From: Mobula birostris
Lineage: Eukaryota
DNA: 64,000 nucleotides
Direction: 5' to 3'
Assembly (NCBI RefSeq): GCF_030028105.1
Contig: NC_092379.1
Coordinates: 46,052,150-46,116,149 of the forward strand
Part shown: positions 60,400 through 64,000 of the stretch, in pieces
How the letters are laid out: every line of letters starts with the position of its first letter
Position numbering within the stretch: the stretch's first letter is position 1
Program-made: the position numbers and the translations under genes
Notes under the pieces: model-generated
Told to the model about the DNA's origin: nothing
Database searches by the model: none
The model's input: the letters and a program-made list of their open reading frames with translations, nothing else

Positions 60400-61150
60400 T
60401 ATCAAACATTGGCTTGAACACAGTAAGTAAAACTTAGTGATGGGTGATGCTTTTCCGATTAGAAGTGTGTGTGCAGTGGTGCATCGCAACGTTCGCTGCT
60501 GGGATCATTGCTGACTGTGATATTTACTAATGTCTTGAATTTGAATGTAGAAGGTCTTACTAGTAAGTTTGCCGATGACACGAAAATCGCTGGTGCCATA
60601 AATGGTGCAAAAGTTTATCAATGGATCCAGCAGGATAAGTGGGAGATCTGATCATAACATCGCCAGCAGCAAGCTAGTCCTGTCACAAATGAAGTCATGT
60701 CTCTTGAAAAGTCAAATACTCCAAGATTAGAGCATACACTGTACGTGATAGGAGTCTACGAAATTTTGATGAGCAGAGAGACCCTGGTGTATAAGTCAAT
60801 TGCCCCGTAGGTGCCACCAGAAGAAGATAATGCACTATGGAAGGTATATAGAATCTTTCTTCAGCGGACCAATAATATATTAAAACAGCTCGAATTCCAT
60901 GTTCACACTTTACGAACTAGTGGCTGGGTCGCAATTGGAGTATTCTGTGCAGTTCTCATCACCATTCTATAACATTCACGTGATGGTGCTGAACAGAATG
61001 TAGAGGGCATTCCTCTTGACTGAATCGAAAAACTTCAGCTATCAGAGAAAAATGACAGGTTTGACTTGTTCTTCTGGATCTAAGGAGGACGAGGACACGC
61101 TTGAGAGAAGCATAATCACATGAATTATGATTAGTATAGTTGGGGTGGAT
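60400..61150 (+). mobile_element. Degenerate CR1 RT and 3' fragment
   Basis: SGASQRSLLGSLL...SKFADDTKIAG. Confidence 0.7.
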
Positions 61151-62329
61151 AGTTACAATTTTTGTAATGTTCCGTTGAATGGAACTTGATGCACAAGCTA
61201 ACGTGGAAATGAAAACACTTCCTGAGAAAGTGGAAGCACATTAAACAACAAAATATAAGAGTCATCTAGATAATTACTTGACTAGAAAAGGTGTCGAATG
61301 CTGTGCACGAATGCGAGTAATGTTGGATGAGCATAGGTAGGTCTCTCGGAGCGAAGTCGGCTGAAGGGCCCGTTTCCGTGCTCTAAACTCAATCTTTGTT
61401 TTCATACCTTTCCTTCCTTCATTTTATGTTCTTATTGTCTGATCGTAAAGACCACATTATTTCACACCGTCCGAAAAAGTACACTTATTGCCCTCGTTGC
61501 ACTCCACCATCTTCTCTCGCGCCTAAAAAGTCAAGTTCTCCAGCTTCGTATAGTTCACACTTTCATTTTTCACCAGAAATGACCATTTCTATCAGTAATC
61601 CATCTGTGATTTCCTTCAAATTTTCTCTCTCCATTAGTACAGCCTAGCCTGCTGGGCACAATTCACGGCCCCGCTGTTGGCAACGCCTATGAGAAAGTGG
61701 CATAATCGGCTTTTAGCTGTCGCATTAACCAATTCGTCACCACCCTGTACAGACGAGTGGTTTTGGACTCAAAACGTTAGCTTCTTCCCGTTATGCGCCG
61801 CTGTGCGTAGCCTGCTCAGTGCGTCCAACATTTCGTGATTTATAACTGAATAATTTTCATTTGTACGTTTCCATAGTGAGATACTGTACCATTATGCTTC
61901 ATTGTTGTCATTATTTAAAATTTCTACTTTTACATTGCAACGCAGATTCCGTTCAGCGTAGCAGCCAGTAATGATATTTCTGTGCGTCTTATCACCGACC
62001 CAACATTCCTTTCAATTGTACTCAAGGGAACGGGAACGCGTTTTCCCGTTCGCCGTAATGCTGGCATGTTTGGTATTTAGTCCTATTATTTTTGAAGGTG
62101 GGTTATTGCCTAAAACTCAGAACATCGTTCATGCAACTTAAATGCGCAGCTCCGCCTGGCCTAATCACGGAACAATTTACAATGATTTATTTCCGTCTGG
62201 CATAGTTTGCATATTGTTGTTTGATTGTTTGTGGTTTTTGTATTGCTATACTTATGCTCTATTCTTGGTTGGTGCAGCTGTAACGAAACCCAATTTCCCT
62301 CGGGATCAATAAAGTATGTATATCTATCT

Positions 62330-62490
62330 ACAAATCGCCCAAACAGAGTGTGGGTGGAAACCTGAGACACGAGGGAAACCCACGCGGTCAAGGTGGAGAA
62401 CGTAAAATTTTCTTACAGGATTGTGGCAGAAATTGAACCCTGATCGCTGGTAGTGTAAAGCGTTGTTTTGACCACAGCCGCTCTTGGTCT
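62330..62490 (-). mobile_element. V-SINE fragment
   Basis: GGAAACCCACGCGGTCA..GGAGAACGTA..ATTGAACCC. Confidence 0.55.
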
Positions 62491-63799
62491 GTGAGAATTG
62501 TATATTGAAACATTCAACAGAAGGCTCAGAAACGGAATACGACCTGATAAGTTAGTGACAATAAAAAAACAGGAAGATACAATATAGAAAAATGAGTGGA
62601 CCGATCAAACCCTCGAACTGTCATTCATTGAGATCTTAGGTGATCTTATTATCAATTCATTTGGGCTTTGAAGTCTACTTGGTGCAAATACGGGATCTCC
62701 AATATACACTATGATCTGCACTCTGTAACATGTCCTCGAACATTTTTTTCAGTCCACAATAGCTCTTTATTCAGAAAATGTATCTCTTAGCTGCCGATTA
62801 TAAACACAAGATTCTGCTTATGATGGTATCCAGTGTAACACACAGTAAATCCTAGACAAACTCAGTAGGTCAGGCATTATTTATGGAGAGGAATGTAGAG
62901 TCGATGTTTAGGACCGCAGTTATTTATTCCTGTCCATAGGTGCTGTCTAACCTGCTGAGTTCCTACTTCATTTTGTGTGTGTTTCTCTTTGTTGTAGGTC
63001 ACTCATGCGTGGAAACTTTCACAATATTCATCTTCATCATGCACAATACCATTTTACTTGCTTCAAAACATCAGCATACATGATTCTGAACTCCTTTATG
63101 TGTAATTGCAATCCTTTCAATTCTTGCTTGTGAGGCAAGTTACTCATTCCAATGAAGAAACTACTAAACGTTTGCCATATTTTCAGTGCAAAAAAAGTTG
63201 TTCTTCATTATGCAGACTAAAAATGTGGGCATTATTCAAAGAGTGCCTTCGGGCGCACCTCATACTTTTCGACATCTATCTATTGTGTAATGAAGCCGAG
63301 TGCTGCATAACACACCTTGATTACTTGCAGCCTTGTTTTGCAATATTCCTCCTTTTAAGTCCAGCGGTGCTGACCAACTGTACAACAGTTCAAAACCTGC
63401 CAAGGGAAAATTCATTCTTTGTCTTTAACGCAGATAGTGGTTCTTGCTCACGAAAAGAATATGCAAAGCTGTGAACAGTGTATTTTAGAGTGTTAGTTCC
63501 TTGAGGCGGGTTAAAGAAAATATGAACAGTCACAGACATTACACCACGCGGCACCAGGTGTCAGAATAAGTAGCAAACAGTAAAGTACACCAACTCCTTC
63601 ACATTTGACATATGACGGATCAGATGTTGATTGGAAACATAGAGACGCAACGAGCCCATCGACCAATCTTTTTCCTGTAAAAATGCAGCCTCTAGCTGAT
63701 AATAAATCCACGAATTTACAAGGAAAATATTAAAACATTTTATTTTGTTACTGTACTCTTTCGATCCATTCGGTCGGTTTGACTCTTTGCCTCTCTCAG

Positions 63800-63838
63800 A
63801 TGTTCACTGGATTCTCTGTTCGTGTTCTCTCATTACAG
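63800..63838 (+). other. Candidate 39-nt phase 1-1 mini-exon (VHWILCSCSLIT) downstream of C3
   Basis: Good acceptor (TTTGACTCTTTGCCTCTCTCAG) and donor (CAG|GTAAAG), in frame with the C3 phase. No homology recognised, so it may be chance. Confidence 0.2.
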
Positions 63839-63925
63839 GTAAAGTAGAGAATGCTGACGCAGACGCAGATTCAGCTTTTGTTTGCATGGACCCGAAGTCA
63901 AATGAAGACATCCAACTAATGGTGT

Positions 63926-64000
63926 CCGTCCTGATGAAGGTCTCGGGCCGTAAAGTCGATCGTTATTCTGCTCCATAGATGCTGCCTGACCTGCTAAGCT
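63926..64000 (+). mobile_element. Penelope-type terminal tail (runs off the window)
   Basis: GTCCTGATGAAGGTCTCGGGCC...CCATAGATGCTGCCTGACCTGCT. Confidence 0.65.

Noticed and set aside
63106-63474. 122-aa Cys-rich ORF as a possible C4 exon
   Set aside because: Lacks the Ig C1-set Cys-Trp-Cys spacing and any IgNAR C4 motif.

Overview
Eukaryotic, repeat-rich genomic DNA from a cartilaginous fish (possibly a ray or skate; this is inferred from the repeat landscape only). The one host locus is a germline, unrearranged IgNAR (heavy-chain-only antibody) cluster on the + strand at about 47.4-58.0 kb. It comprises an octamer/TATA promoter, a leader exon, a V exon with a 22-spacer RSS, D1 (12/22), D2 (12/12), J (23-spacer RSS), and the C1, C2 and C3 exons. 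No C4, C5, secretory or TM exon was recognisable in the remaining 6 kb. The cluster looks intact but is atypical: only two D segments, extra cysteines in both CDR1 and HV2 with further cysteines supplied by D2 and J, and many germline N-glycosylation sequons around the paratope. The first ~46.6 kb is almost entirely transposable-element debris: a full-length L1 with target-site duplication (TSD), CR1, Rex1-like, Ingi/Vingi-like and Penelope-like elements with hammerhead-ribozyme-like ends, Tc1 and Chapaev3-like DNA transposons, two different retroviral integrase relics and several Gypsy elements. One of these is a complete two-LTR non-autonomous element ending ~0.8 kb upstream of the IgNAR promoter. 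All family assignments come from motif recall; no database searches were run. Coordinates of degenerate repeats are approximate.
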